DNA from: Lingula anatina
Taxonomy: Eukaryota; Animalia; Brachiopoda
Assembly (NCBI GenBank): GCA_051362555.1
Contig: CM120643.1
Span: forward strand, 9,238,001-9,302,000
Length of the DNA: 64,000 nt
Direction of reading: 5' to 3'
A program made the translations under genes and the position numbers. The notes beneath the pieces are model-generated. The model was given only the letters and a program-made list of their open reading frames with translations. It had not been told where the DNA came from and ran no database searches. Of the stretch, positions 12,201 through 26,419 are shown one piece after another; positions within the stretch are counted from its first letter, which is position 1; every line of letters starts with the position of its first letter.

Positions 12201-12433
12201 ACAGGAAAGATTTCCACCCACGTTTCACCGCCGAGCTTGTTAACAAATATGGCGTGATTGGTTACCCACCGAGACGCAAATATCAATGCGCCGAGGAGTG
12301 GAACCAACCAGATGCCCTGCGTGATTTTGCCACAAGAATAGCCCCCAGCTCAAAATTGAAAAACGTGTTGGTTTTGATTGACTGTCTGGCATTACTTGCA
12401 AAAGATGACGGCGGACCATTATTCTTATTTTAA
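9214..12433 (+). CDS. Speriolin/SPATC1-like protein, 803 aa, with long acidic N-terminal extension
   Basis: Exons 9214-10936, 11398-11556, 11904-12433 (phases 1,1; 2412 nt). C-terminus RLIGEIAFQLDRRIMGYVF...RFYGYNVGNL...LVNKYGVI...DCLALLAKDDGGPLFLF matches the speriolin C-terminal domain. Coiled coil LKRENARLQAENKALAEQIELRKKNAGLK resembles the speriolin N-terminal region. Confidence 0.85.
9661..10292 (+). repeat. Coding tandem repeat (231 bp / 77 aa) within speriolin-like exon 1
   Basis: Units start at 9721 (GIKVGDPVATSTPV...) and 9952 (GINVGPPVATSTPV...), with related partial units STLHxDDLKxET...PVAxSTPV on either side. Confidence 0.9.
11189..11351. mobile_element. Small MITE-like element with internal TAACCC-like repeats
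   Basis: Imperfect terminal inverted repeats GTGACAGGAATGGT / ACCATTCCTGCCAC. No clean TSD. Confidence 0.4.
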
Positions 12434-15400
12434 TATAAAACTTTTGAAGTACCTTACTCTTATAGCTTTCGAAACGTTTTTATGACGTCAGTGACTTTAA
12501 ATACTTCCTCAAAGTTTTGATCTTTTACTATTTGTGACTAAACGAAGGTTCATTATATCAGTCATGTCAATTTTTTCAAAGCTATTTGTTTTCTTATTTC
12601 GTGGATGCGAAGATTAAAATGCATATTGCTTGAAATCGAAAACATTGTGCTTGATTACATTTTCTACCTGTCGTATCCATCAGTGCTTATAAACTTAGCT
12701 TGATATCACCAAATATATTATGTGTAATTAAGCTATTGAAAATTTGAAATTAGGGTGAATTGCTTTATGTGAGAAAAACCGATTAGCAACAGGCACAACT
12801 ACCACATTCTTAGTGCATCATTCTTTCAACCTCAGCGCAACAACCACAATCCTGTTCTCCATCTTTAGCACCACTAACTACACTTGGCCCGCCACACTAT
12901 ACTTGGCTTAACAATGATTCATTGGTGTGCATTTCTGCAGTTACAATTTTTTTTTTTTGCCCTACTCAACAAACTTTTCTTAATTTTTTGCTATAGATAA
13001 GTAGAAAATGCAAGTGAATTTTTTAGTACGGTTGATGCAATTTGAATATTTTGATATTAGAGACTCAAGTTACATCTTCCGTTTTACATAAGAACCTCCT
13101 GGCGCCGTTCATTGCCTTGTACGCCCCTTCCTTCCTCGACTGAAAGCCAGAATGAAGTTATTTGGACGAAAATCAAGCTATGGTTTGCATATCCCTATTT
13201 TTGATACCCTGAGTCGAGAATATTTTGAATTTCGAGGCTAAACGGTCTATACTTCCCCCATCTCTCTCTCTTTCTCTCTCTCTCTCTCTCGCTAATAGAC
13301 AATGCGAAGAGGCAGCAGAAAAGATAAACAAATAAAAAAACATAGTATGGTTTCCATCACAGACATTCCACAAAGCAAAATGGCATACCGGACAACATTA
13401 AGTATTTAGTCTGTAATTTATACGTGGTCAGTTACTGAGCGACTCCAGACACATTCTCCAGCAATTAAATGTTGATTTATATTGGTTATACACAGCGACA
13501 ACAAACTGAATTTTCAACTTCAAAACCTTCGGTCGCTTTGATAAAGTTGTTGGGTTTGCGTGTCAGAACCGATGCTCTAGCATTGTTTCGTAGATGTGAG
13601 GAGTAAACTTTATCCTCGTTTCAAAACTCAAACCTGTAAACATAAACCATCAATGTGAAAGTTACGTAACGCCTCTTTGTGCTGCTGCTGCTTTGGGGGG
13701 TTAGTTTCCTTCATGCCTACATTCATTTCCTATTCTTAATATCGAGAAATGCAATTATGACAGCCTACATTGCTGATATTGCTTATAAGAACGAATATTG
13801 GATTAATGTATTATGTATATAGGTTCTGATATCCTTATGTTCAAAATTCCCAGTTTCTTCCTTCTTGCGTGCACAGTGCTCTCGTACTCTTAAAGTCAAG
13901 TGACTAACAGAAATCCTCTGTAACAGCACATTAAGCTTACCTGCCATCTTTGAGTTTCAATGGCGATGGCAAACGCAGCGATGGCAAACGCAGAGCCTGT
14001 GTTTTACACCCCGAGTTTCAACAAGAACCCCCGACTCTCAGTGCTTTTGTAGTTTTTATGGAATAGGTCTATATCTTAAAGGTAAAATGGAAGAAAATAA
14101 AATAAATAAATAAACAGATAAATGGTTTCAAATAACAAGAATTACCCCCCACCCCCACCCCTCCAAAACAAAAAAAAAAAGGCAGTAGGTGTAATCTTCT
14201 AATTTGTTGGTTATCGAGGCAAAGAAAATATTTACGGTCGGCTAGATAAAAACAAATTTAACGCAAAAAGCAGAATACTTGCCAAAACAAATGCGAGAAA
14301 GCAGGAAGGTGGGGGTAAATATAACCTCCCATTTTTCAGCTTTCCTGTTTTCAGTATAAAACCCACAGCCGGTAATTTCTAATAGGCAATATTTTCAGGA
14401 AAGAGACTTCCCTCCTACAGACGCTTGGCGACAACTCCATATTGGTTTCCATCGGGTTAAAATAAAGCCTATTTCAAATACACGAAGCTGATTATCTTGT
14501 TTTTGATTTTCAAACAAAGTTGTTTTTCTTTTCTTTGTAAATAAAAGGTCTGACACAGTCAGGTTCTTTGGCAAACTTTTTCTGCTTTCACAGGAAGAAA
14601 GGATTGACACTTGATAGTTGGCTAAGATTTCTAAACAAAAAGAATGAGAATGAAATACAAAGGCTTCTCAAGGTTTTTAAAAATTACTGTGTATCTCGCC
14701 TTCTTTCAGTAGACATATAAAAATAGGATTCGTACAACCCAAAGAAAGAAGTCAGTTAAATAGAGGGGTAAGTTGACCCTAGCTTGTCCTTTAGAAATTC
14801 TGTGACTCTTCAGCAGTTAAAGGCATGAAAAAACACGAGCAGACGACTGAAGAAACCTTGACGAAGCCAAATGACTTTGGTAAAAAAAACGGCATTTGAT
14901 AAGCTTGGTGACATTGTGAGTCTTTTCTCCGAAAAGATGATCAGTTGTTAGTTTTTGACCAATTTCACATCTTACTAGTAGAATAGCAATGCTTGTTTCA
15001 AAGTTTTAAAAAAATCCTCCCATGTTTAGGCCTAGGCCTACTCTACAAACGTGTTAGTCGGTGGTTAATGCTAGGTATCTAAAATCAAGATGAATACAAG
15101 AAAATTTATCTGACCTTATATAAACTGGGCCTTGATTCCACTACATGCTAATGATTTTCGTTAAATATAAATAATTAAAAGAATGCAATGAAAATCATTA
15201 AAGCATTGGCCTATAGTGTTACACTAAGCTGCTCAGGCCTATATAGGCCTACTACAGTGTATTATTATTTTTTTGACCACACGCTTGACAAGCAAGAACT
15301 TTAACTCTATTCTTTGACTAATCGTATAATTTTTGATTTATTGAAACTTTTTTTGTATGTGAAACAGAGCTAGTAGCTCTCTTCGAGGCATAGGAACAGA

Positions 15401-15462
15401 CTGAACAGACGCATAGAAAGGGATTAATACGGTACACCACGGAAAGCACCCCTTACATCAGA

Positions 15463-15474
15463 GGTCACGTGACC
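15463..15474. promoter_or_regulatory. CLEAR/USF-type E-box palindrome upstream of the aquaporin
   Basis: GGTCACGTGACC, a perfect 12-bp palindrome about 290 bp upstream of the ATG at 15761. Confidence 0.45.
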
Positions 15475-15760
15475 CGTTCCCTAGATAAGTTGCCCCTCCC
15501 CCGCCAACAGAACGCTCCGAGATATTCAACGGCCCAGTGGAGTTGGCAGTGGAGTTCTCGCACGCGGCATTCCATAGGGTGTTCAGCTGTTAATGCTGAG
15601 ACGGTTTTTGCCACAATAGGTCTTTGAGACGCCGGTCGGATCAGTAGCGAGGACAGTCGGTGGCAGTTGTTAAAGGGAGCCCAGCCAGATAAAGATAGGA
15701 GGTTGATAAGCGTTCATCTTCTTTGGACAGTGCATCTTCGTTTAAAGTCCCAAAAGAGTC

Positions 15761-18700
15761 ATGGCGACTAGTGCTGAGGATATCCGCTCCCCAGGGCTGT
15801 ACCGGGCCTTGCTGGCTGAAATGTTAGGTGTCCTTTTTCTCGTGCTCGTCGCGTGCGGCGCCTGCACCAACGTGAAGGCCCAGCAGAATCTCATCACCAT
15901 CTCTGTGTGTTTTGGCCTTAGTGTGGCCACCTTGGTGTGGTGTATTGCTAACGTAAGCGGGGGACACATCAACCCGGCTGTCACCATCGGGTTTCTCGTC
16001 ACCCGCAAAATCAGCATCGTACGTGCTCTCTTCTACTTTGTGAGCCAGCTTGTGGGCGGCATTGCGGGTGCGGCTATACTGATGGGACTTACCCCCACGG
16101 AGTACAGGGCTTCGCTAGGAACAACCCAGCTTACCCAGGGAGTCTCCGTGGGACAGGGGTTCGGCATCGAGTTTATGGCCACGTTCGTGCTGGTGTTCAC
16201 TGTGTTTGCCACCTGCGACTCCAATAGAAATGATCTCAGCGGTTCTGGACCTCTGGCGATTGGCTTGTCCGTGGCTATGTGCCACCTGTGGGCGGTAAGT
16301 CCTGCTTGCCTGTCTGTTTGTTTGCCTGCCTGAATATGTTTGTTTGTTTGTTTGTTTGTTTGTTTGACTTACTGGCTGACTGAAAGACCGAATGACTGAC
16401 GTATTGATTGTCTGTGTGTCCGTCTGTCTGTTTTGAGGCCTGCCTCAATATATGTCCGTTTGTCTGTTTGTCTGACTTTCTGGGTGATTATAAGTCCAAG
16501 ATTGTCTGTGTATCCGGCTATCTGTCTGCCCTGTTTGCATGTCGGTCGTAATGTAAATGTTTTCTCTCGGAGATAATGTAAAAACTAATCATTTCTAGCT
16601 TAGTAAATTATACTCAGACCCCCTCAACGTCCAGTCCTGGACACAAACAAGTCTTATCAAAATTCAATGTAAATATCATTAATGATCGTTATTAAAATGA
16701 CAATGGAACCGAATCATCTCTTAGTATTCCAGGCATTTTAAATGGATTTAAGAATGACATCGAACGTTTATCTGTTGAAACTTAAAACTGAGCGACGATA
16801 TGTTCCTAATTGGCCTGTTTTTCCACAACATTCTATTTTCATGATAAACATCTTATTCGGACGTGCCTAGTATTTCATTGCGTCACGTGTGCTTGGGCGT
16901 GTCATTATATTTGAGACGTATAAAATACACGTTTGGAGAAATCCAAAACAACATGAGTCTTATTTCTGTGCCTCTGTAATCCCCATTTATGATCGCGAGG
17001 CCTATCTAAGAATGTCCAGGCGCGATATCCTGGTTATTAAGTCATCAAGTCATATTCTGACCAAGGTTTACACAAAAGTTCTAGGATTTATTTAAGAGCA
17101 AAACCGCTTGGTTGCACCCCCTTTATTAAAACCATCTATCATAACACTGCGTTTTATTGAACAAAACGCTACAGTATGTATTTTGACAATTGTTTATAAT
17201 AAATTGTTTACTTGATGAGTGTAGCTCTAAAACGCGTTTTGTTGATACCGATTAGAACGCGTCTTCGAAGTGTGTATCTTTACCCATCGCCGTGTAGTGC
17301 GACCCACCCATTTAAAGCATCGAGATCAGTAATTCACGTGTATTAAGATAAGTAGTGTATACCCTGAGATTCACTGTGCTGTTTGCAACACCCCTTGACC
17401 AAACATACACGATACGGTTTGCTATATGGGTATGCAGGTAGTAATGGCGAGTTTTCAGTAGACGTTGATACACAGGGTGTATGTCAGTGTTGTCACTGGA
17501 ACTAGATGGCATTATAATTTTTAAAACTGTATTATTAACATTAGAAGAAATGACAGTTCAAAACTGTTATCATCAAAAAAGGTAGACATCCATCGCCCCC
17601 GTATCACTAATATGAGGAAGCATTCGTGAGGAAAGCGATTCAAAAGGGCGTGATAATGACACGTGCTAAGTGTACTGCTTCATCATAATTGGTCAAAATC
17701 ACCACTTCACTTGTGTGTACATATTTATTTACAGTAGAACACCTCCTGCTCATATATAAAAATCAGTAGTCTGTTGGCTTATTGTCAAATTTCCTGGAGT
17801 ATTTTATTTTTTCAATTTAGCAACTCTGTTGCAAAAATAGGCCTTTAATATACAGACTTGACATTTAATATGGAATATTTTTTCCAAATCATTTTTCATC
17901 AGTTTTTTTCCTATTTTACTGACTGATAAATGAAAATAAGGATTAAAATCGTGTTCTAATAACTTTTAATCATCTCTTTGATGTCATTGTGACATCAGTT
18001 CATTAATGGAATTCACCAGAGAAGCAAACAAAAACACATTGCCTTTTCTACGTCATACGGCAACCATTAAATGAGATATTTTAGATCTCCATATTTTCCA
18101 AATTATTGTCTGTAAAAGAGTTACACGCTCCACAAAGGACCCTCATGTCAGTGTCTAGTCACAGTAACAGTCGCTGTTACGCCTGACCTCTTCTGGCTGC
18201 TACCAGCGCTCTCAAGCGGCAAGGCATTCCTTGGGATATGGTTTTAGAGTTCAATCTGGAATAACATTCCAGGCATCGGTCGAAATCTGTCCAATTTGGC
18301 TCAGTTTTGTTGTAGGACATGTAGGCCATTCATCTGGCGAGTAATGGCCTACCCACATATTGTCTACGTGGTTCAAATATGGCGGTTTTGATGACCAAGG
18401 TAGCTGTTCATTCCCTTGGTTCTCTAAGTAATCTGTTATTAAAAGTGCTCTGTGTGAACCGGCAATCCCACCCTACAACCTAAAATTGTTCTTAAGGTGC
18501 CCCCTATCAAATGATAGTCAAGTGGTTCCCAGATTATTCCTTTATTTAATCTGGTTCAGGTTTTCGTCGATGACTGCCATTGATGTTTTGGCACCAATGT
18601 GGTATCCACTTCAAATACTGACGCTGTTAATGACCTAAGTCACTTTAGAGGCGGCACACACTTCGTCGTTGGCCTCTTCTGGATGTCTGTAAACTCTGTT

Positions 18701-21700
18701 TTGACTAGTTGAGCGGTACAGGTGAAATCTGACCTCAATAAAGAAAGCCACGAGGTTTCAGTGTTCAACCCAGAAACGGTCATGGTCCCTAATTCATTAG
18801 AGAAACATACAACGATGTTTTGCTGTTTACAGTGGGTTCCTCGGAGGTCGTCTGGTATGCTAACCTGCAAAAACCAGTTTGGCGTCGCTAAGGGCCTTGA
18901 AAAATGCGTTTTGATGGCAATTTACCCCTCATTCTGAACGGACTGGGTGGTTTTTGTTTAGTTGCAACGGCATATCCTGAAAGACAGTGGGTCCTGTACT
19001 CTGGTGGTAAGATTTTAATACATTGGGTGTGGCCTCTATGTAGGTACATCAGTCTGGGCATTATTCTATAAAACTGTGCAGACCGTTTCGTTTGGCGCAA
19101 TTAACTGTTTGGCAATGTCTGTCTTTTTCGCGCCATTTTGCCACAGATTAACAAACTTGCAAAGCACTGCATAGCTCATTTTACACACTGCAAAACCGAC
19201 CACTTGCATGCAAAATTTCAATTTCTTCTATGCAGTAGTTGCCGACATATGGATACTTTTTTGACAGAACCGTGCTTTGCCAAAGCCAAGCTTCGACCTG
19301 TCCAAAGGAGCACTACCCAATTAAATTACTTCATATTACATAATGCAGCAGCGTAACAAACCTGGTATTCAGTTAATTGGAAGCGACACACCTGACTACA
19401 CACTTCTTCATTCAAATATCTTTTATGAGATATTAGTTTTTTGAAAAAAGAACGCATTTCTACCTAGGCACACCTTCGAAACTGAAATATTCCATATTAA
19501 ATGTCAAGTCTGTATATTTATTCAACATGGCACTATGCATAGCCCCCATCTGACACGTATTCTTCGGGGCTCAACGTTATTTTGCTAGATGCAAGCTCCC
19601 AGAGTTTGAAAATTTTATGAAAATACACCGTTTCCAATTAAATTAAACAATCAAAAAGCGTATGTTTGAAACAAAAGTGTCAACGATAGTGTTCTGATAC
19701 CCTGTGTGCGCTTGAAGTGCTACATGTGGTTATCTTCATATATATTTTCCATCACAAGAAATGCGTGAGATTGTGCGTGTGTGTGTGTGTGTGTGTTGGG
19801 GGGAGGGGGGAGGAAGGGGTAGACCGAGGTTTGACCTTTTAATCATTGCATTATGATAAGAGAAGATAAATGCGCCGACAAAAACCATGCGCTGGCTTTA
19901 AGGACGTTGAAGAGATGTTGGATAAGACAAATAAGTTGGCATTTGTATAGGCTGTCAAACAGGACAAGCTTGATAATATTTTGCATATTTGTTAATTTCT
20001 TATGCATCTAAACGTTGAGCGAATCGAGACAAAAGAAAATTGCAGCAAGTCGTGAAAATTGCGGGGTTAATTTAAGCACAGATCAATTAGCTGTAAGCTA
20101 ATTGATCTGTGCCAGTGTTGGTGCCATTGATCTGTGTCAGTGTTCTCGAATTTTTTTTTTTTGCTAAGCGCTCTTTTTTTTTTTTTTTTTTTTTTTTGCT
20201 AAGCGCTCTTGGCGTTGGTAATAAATCACCAAATGCTGCCACATAATATGTCATTTCATGCTGTATCGCCCTAACAATATAAAAATACGAGTAATAAGGT
20301 GTTCAACACAGAACAGTAGAACACAGCTGTGATTTAGTAAATTTGGCCCAGATCTGGGTCTTTCTGGTTCACTGGTTACACCCAGAATTGCCGCTCTAAG
20401 GAAGAACATTTGAGAAGTACTAACACGAAGCGAAGTGAAGAGCCGCGATAAGCCTAAAACTTGTTCGTGAATATAATTATTAGCGAAAGCACGACAGGCT
20501 TAAAAAGCGGTTAATACCCTCTCTTTAGTGTGGTCGAGCAATGTCAAGCGCACATTAAAGAATTCCAATTGTCGAAAGTCGTGATGGTTGACTTTGGCAC
20601 CGTAATCAGTTTGTGGTCAATGAATGAATTAATATGCTACCCCCATATTGTAAATAATATGTTCCAGCCATTTTCAAAATATCGATATTAAACTTTATAT
20701 GACTCTGCTAATGACATAGAGACGATGCTTCGTTGTCCGGTGGAAATCTTATAAATTATAATCTTTAACGCTAACGCGAACTTTGCATGGTCATGTCGAA
20801 GTATTTGAATGGTGGTGCGGAGCATTTGAGTCTTCAAATGACTTCAAAGCTGTCACAATTACTCAAACACAAATCTTATTTATTAACTAAGTAGTTGAAA
20901 GTGGCATTTTGGATAATTTTAATTGGCAATTGTTATCCAGATATTTTAAGGTTTGCTGTTAAATTTAGATTATTCAGAGAGTGAAATTCGAAAGTGCAGG
21001 TTGAGAATCATTGTATACATATCTTATGAGATTCTTGAAGCAAAAAGAAATTAGTAGCAAATTTGAGCTAGCTTTTTAATCAGATTATTTTGTTAAATAT
21101 GAAAATATGTTAAATTTGTTCAACCAAAACCTCTTTTGGATGAAAAAAAAAAATGAATCTCTTAAGACTATATTATACATAATACATCCAGATGAACTAT
21201 TTTAAAAAAAAACTTATCTTGTTTAGTGAACGGACCTCACATTTCGACGTTAAAAGATGTAAGTATTGAACTTACAAATCAGAAGCAATAACAGCATACC
21301 TGGCAAGCGCTTCTACTTTTAAAAGCAATGCGACCAATTATCGTTCTGTAATTTAAAACCCTGTTTTGAACATTTCTGTTGCTTTTCTTGGCTCGGGTAT
21401 TTCGAATAAGGCTGAACACACTTAATGACTTTGTTGTATTTTTTTCCTTTCTTTTTTTCCCTTTTTTTTGTGTGTGTTAAAATATCTCTTTGATCCAAGT
21501 TCCTGTGTGCTTTTCCTATCATAACCCCCAAGTTTCCGAGGCTATCGAAAAAGCACCCATTTCACACAAGCAACTCACTCTCTGAAAAAAAAAAAGCCTA
21601 TTAGGAGAAGGTAAATACCCCGACACCCTGTCTGGTCTTTCGGATGGGAATCATACATCTCTATTTTTGGGGTTACATCAAAGGCTCAGTTATGTAAGAA

Positions 21701-24700
21701 CACTTAGCGGCGATTAATCTCCCTTCAACATTTACGTCCATTTAGCCAGGAAAGCTGGGCAAGAGATATTCATATATAGAGCGACAAAGCGTTTCTGGCA
21801 TTGCAGACGGATTGATTCCGTAACAGGTGCGCGTGCGTGACGTAAAATACGAGAAGGTAAAGCCCGTTTACACACTCCAAAGGATTTCAGGGCGATCTCA
21901 ATGTACCTAAGTTAGGTGTTTTTGTGTTGCCGCCTGAATAAGCTGAACATCTGACTTGACAAGCTGTATGGTATCAGATGTATATTAATTGAAGCCAAAG
22001 TTAAAGCCCTATTCGGTTTAGCCATATTTTTATTGCAGAAGGAGGCGGGATACTATCTTCCTGTATTTTTTTTTCACTAATACCGAATCAACAAGTTTAC
22101 ATTGGTCCAATTCTGGTAAAACAAATGACCTGTCACAGCCCTAAGTCACCCAGTGGTCAGCAACATTCCCTTAATGAGAGGTAAACAATGGCAGGATTGA
22201 TGGGGTCAAGCGACTTAACCAGTGATGAATGACACGGAATATAGTTAATGAAAGTGCTAACAAAAAGCACGGAAAAAGGAAAAGCGGTAGGAACTACAAT
22301 GAAACAGAAATTACAACTAGAAAAATAATAAAATACATCTTGTGAAGAAACTTTCTTGACTTACGTTAGGCTGAAAACTATAGTTTTAGTTTTTTTTTTT
22401 TCGGGGAAAATTATTTTTTTAATGATTTGATGTATGATATATTTCATGTTCTCAATATTTAATATCAAGTGCAAGCATTTTGGTATCGAACAAAAATTAA
22501 AAAGAAAAATGACTGCAAAATACCACAAGCTTGGTTATGTAATGCAACCGTCCAAAGACCAAAGAACAGGGTAGACCAAAATGAGAAGTGGGTGACCATA
22601 ATGGTCAAGATATGTGCTCGTGAGTGCGCATTACAAGTTGCACAACAAGACTACCGGAACGTAATCGACATTTTTTCAGTCAAAATCCGTTTCTCTCTGG
22701 TGAGCGTTATGGTCAGGGCATTCGGACACGTGGCGCTCTCGCAGAGCCGTCTCAGCGTCGCCAGGGCGCCGTGCTTGACCAATGTAGATCAAAGGCTTTG
22801 TCCTAATCAATACAGATCACGCAGAAACTGAATTTCTCTTCTCTTAATACTTTTATCAGGGAAAATATAATTTGTATTCCCCCTTTTGGTCTTTTACTTT
22901 TGATTTTTTTTACATAATTTATATTAAGTCAAAAAATGCGTGTATGAATTTAGTTGATATCTCGATGAAAAGGAATATGTTCAAATACTACGACGAGGTA
23001 GCAAAAGAACTGAACCTTAGAGCCGGTGAAAGCAATGGCCTAGACAATCAAAATGTTTGCAATAAATGCCCTTCCCTCCCCTACATCTTCTGGGAGAATT
23101 TCAAAAATGTTATTGGGTATTTATCCTTGTATACATGCACGTGACAGATCATATCACAACGGGGAATTCTTATTTTAACAACCTAGTATCTTTTAGTTTA
23201 TTGAGCCATGCTATTGGGACGCTGTGAGACCAACAGAGTTTTCTTACCCCACCCTTAATGTTCTTTGTAGCGTTCCGGTAACTGGCGTAACCACGCCGTT
23301 GTTTGATATTGGAGAGGCGAGGATTTAACGAGCATTTTGGTTTGTGGGAGAAATGAGAGCGTTCAAGATTTATTGTACTAGAAACACCCGCTTTATGTGC
23401 AATAGCGCTGGCAGTTTTCTCGAATTGGACTATTAGCTGAGAACTGGTGTGTCTTTGGCGTTTTTTTTTTTTTTTTTGGGGGGGGGGGGGGGTTGGGGGG
23501 TGACATTTGACTTTTTTTTTTGGGGGGGGGGGACATTTCAGGAGTCATGCAATGATATGGGTAATGAAAAGAATCGAAAAAAAAAACACGGAATTTCACG
23601 AGGATGCACAATAGTGGTTTAGTGGTAATGTTAAAGTGCCCATGAAATCAGGATCCTGTTACTTCTTGCACAGCGCACCCCCATGCAGAACCAAGCTTAA
23701 ACGCAAGGAACCCATTTGAGGAAGGTTTTAGGCCAAGTGTGTGTGCTAAATTGTGAAATGTATTTACTAATCCACAAGGGTGTGTCTTGATGTTCTGGAG
23801 TATGATGGAATAATTTCCTGGAAGCGCAGCGAAATATCTGAAATAACGTGCGAGTGCCAAAAAGTGATATGAATCTTCATAGGGCCCATCCACAAGAGAG
23901 TGCATTGATATTTTAGTGTATGGTCATATAAATTTCCTGGAAATCCAGTTACATCTCCGGAGTAAATCAAGAAATCTAACGAGTTCTAATGTCCACTTGT
24001 GCCTGGGAATGAATAATATCTCATTTTAGATACTGCTGATTTCGTGGGCTTATCCCAGGAAAATACATTAAATTTAGCTTAGCTATTCCCCTGGAGAGTC
24101 CGATAGCCTCATATATATAATAACGTCCAGTTTCTAATTCTCTGATGAATTGAAACGAGTAATTTGTAAGTAGAAGATGGTGCGCTGGTCAGCTTGAATG
24201 CATATACGCTGTGCTGTGATCATTGCGATAAGGATCCAATCCATCTACAGTGCAAATGCTGTCGTTTTCCCGAAAACTGAAAACTATAATAATGTGTATC
24301 AGATGAACTATAACTTGTCCCAATTTGTTGTTTTGAAATCGGGATATTTTGAAATAATTTTATAAAAGAAATGCAATATAAGAGGTGCGTTTATATCGAT
24401 TGAGAACAGATTGATCATCAACTGGATGTTAGCACTAATGGAGCTACAGAGATCAAGAACCTAAAGAAAGTCCCTTGGGTTTAATTTTGGGGCAGGCATC
24501 ATTGCTGTTCTCAAATTTAGTAGATCTATTGTTTTCCGTACTATCATCAATACATAAACATCGGGGATCGTGCTACGAATCCTTGTATGATAACTGTTAG
24601 TTATCCGTAGAGCTGGTTACCTTGAGATTTTGTTGCAGTGAATTGTCACTAAGATCACTTTCCGTAGGGGCGTAAGTGACACGGAGATTGCTGGGAAAAG

Positions 24701-26384
24701 GTCCACTCTGGGTATATTTGATCTACATAAACTAAGGTTTTATGACAAAAGGTCCACATTTTCAGACCCCACCCCCTTTTGCAATAGCTAGCTACGGACC
24801 TGCATAGTTCAATGGGTGAACTGGGTACTGAAGAAACTCCCACAAAACATAAGGCACTGTGCCACAGGAGAGGTAACCGTTATTTTGTGGGCAGATCTAA
24901 TCGTACAGATAACAGTGACAGAGCTGTCAGATAGGCCTACTTGTCCACTCCCCGTGAAAATATTGCAATAAAGGTAGGCCCCCTAAATGCCCATCAACAA
25001 GTACCAAGGTTCCTTATCGATTTTATTAAATTCAGAAATAGATCACCATTTTGAATGACACGGGTAATCAGGTTTCGTTTATTGGCTTGTGCAAAATACC
25101 CATTCACTGAACATAACATGGGAACCCAACTAAACGACAAAAAAGAAAGAAAGAAAGAAAAAGTAAGAAAAAAAGAAAGTATGAGAGAAAGAAAGAAATT
25201 AATAAAAAGAAAAAACTAAAATTTGGAGGTCCAATACGCGTATGTGAGATCTACTTCGCGATGAGTGAGGCACAATTAACTGTATGTGACATTATCCCCA
25301 GGTGTAAGATTTCTCGGGTCAGCATCATAATAGAGACCACTTTATAGTGCATTGCCATACTCAGAGTATAGTAAATGATTATCTAATTCCCACCTTTAAT
25401 CGTATTTGATTAAGCCGCGTTCCTATATACTCACACCAAGATAAAGATAACTTAGTCCCCATTCCCAGAGATTAGATCGATCCAACTAGATCGACCTAAC
25501 TCCCTGGGGGTTCACGCTAAATGGCTGTCAGCCGAGCGGGCACGAAAGTTAATTACCCACTTACAGCTTGAAGTAGACGGGACGGACATTTAAGCCGGAT
25601 TATCTGACAGTAATCTAATGGGACTCCCCACGGGGATAGATCGATCTAAAATCTATGGGAATGCGCCCTTAGTTCAGGTCGTGTGCACACACTTGGTGGT
25701 TGAGTGATAAAAACTGTAAACGAACTCCACATTGTTATATCACATTTGCAAACTAAAATCGCTGATTGTTCGAATCCTCTGTTCAAACGTGTGTGTTTCG
25801 TCTATTGATTTGAGATATGTTATGCAATTTTCAGTAAGATATAACGCGTATTTGTTTGTTTTTTATGTGTGCGCCTTAGAGTGCGTGCGTGCGTACTGGT
25901 GTGTGTGCGTTCGTGTGTGTGTGTGTGTGTGTGTGTAAACGCCTGTGAATGGGAAATGATTAAACGTCTACTTTTTTTCTCACCTATTTTCCTGAGCAAT
26001 TTTTGCTTCTTTTTTATGTGTAGTTTGTTCTTCCAGGTCCCATATACCGGCGCTGGCATGAACACTGCTCGTAGCTTTGGGCCTGCTGTTATATTTGGAG
26101 GTCCTGCTTGGGATAACCATTGGGTGAGTACTTCTTACTTATAACTTTTTTACTTGTTATTACGTCTATGAGTCGTCGATCTATCTGTCTGTCTGTCTGT
26201 CTGTTCATTTACCTTTTCATCCATACATGTATATTATTCCTTTTAATCATTCATCCATCATTCACTCAGACTCGCTAGTTTGTTATTCCATCATTAACAT
26301 TTTAAGTTTAGGCTTATTTTTACTGCCATCCATCTATACTGTATAGTTTCTGCGGGCGCGTGCCGTGTATGTGTGGTGTGTGTT

Positions 26385-26419
<35 letters not shown>

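Noticed and set aside
14858-14890. Hammerhead-ribozyme-like TTGACGA-AGCCAAA-TGAC-TTTGGT-AAAA
   Set aside because: The CUGANGA and GAAA core boxes are both imperfect, and stems I and III could not be found.
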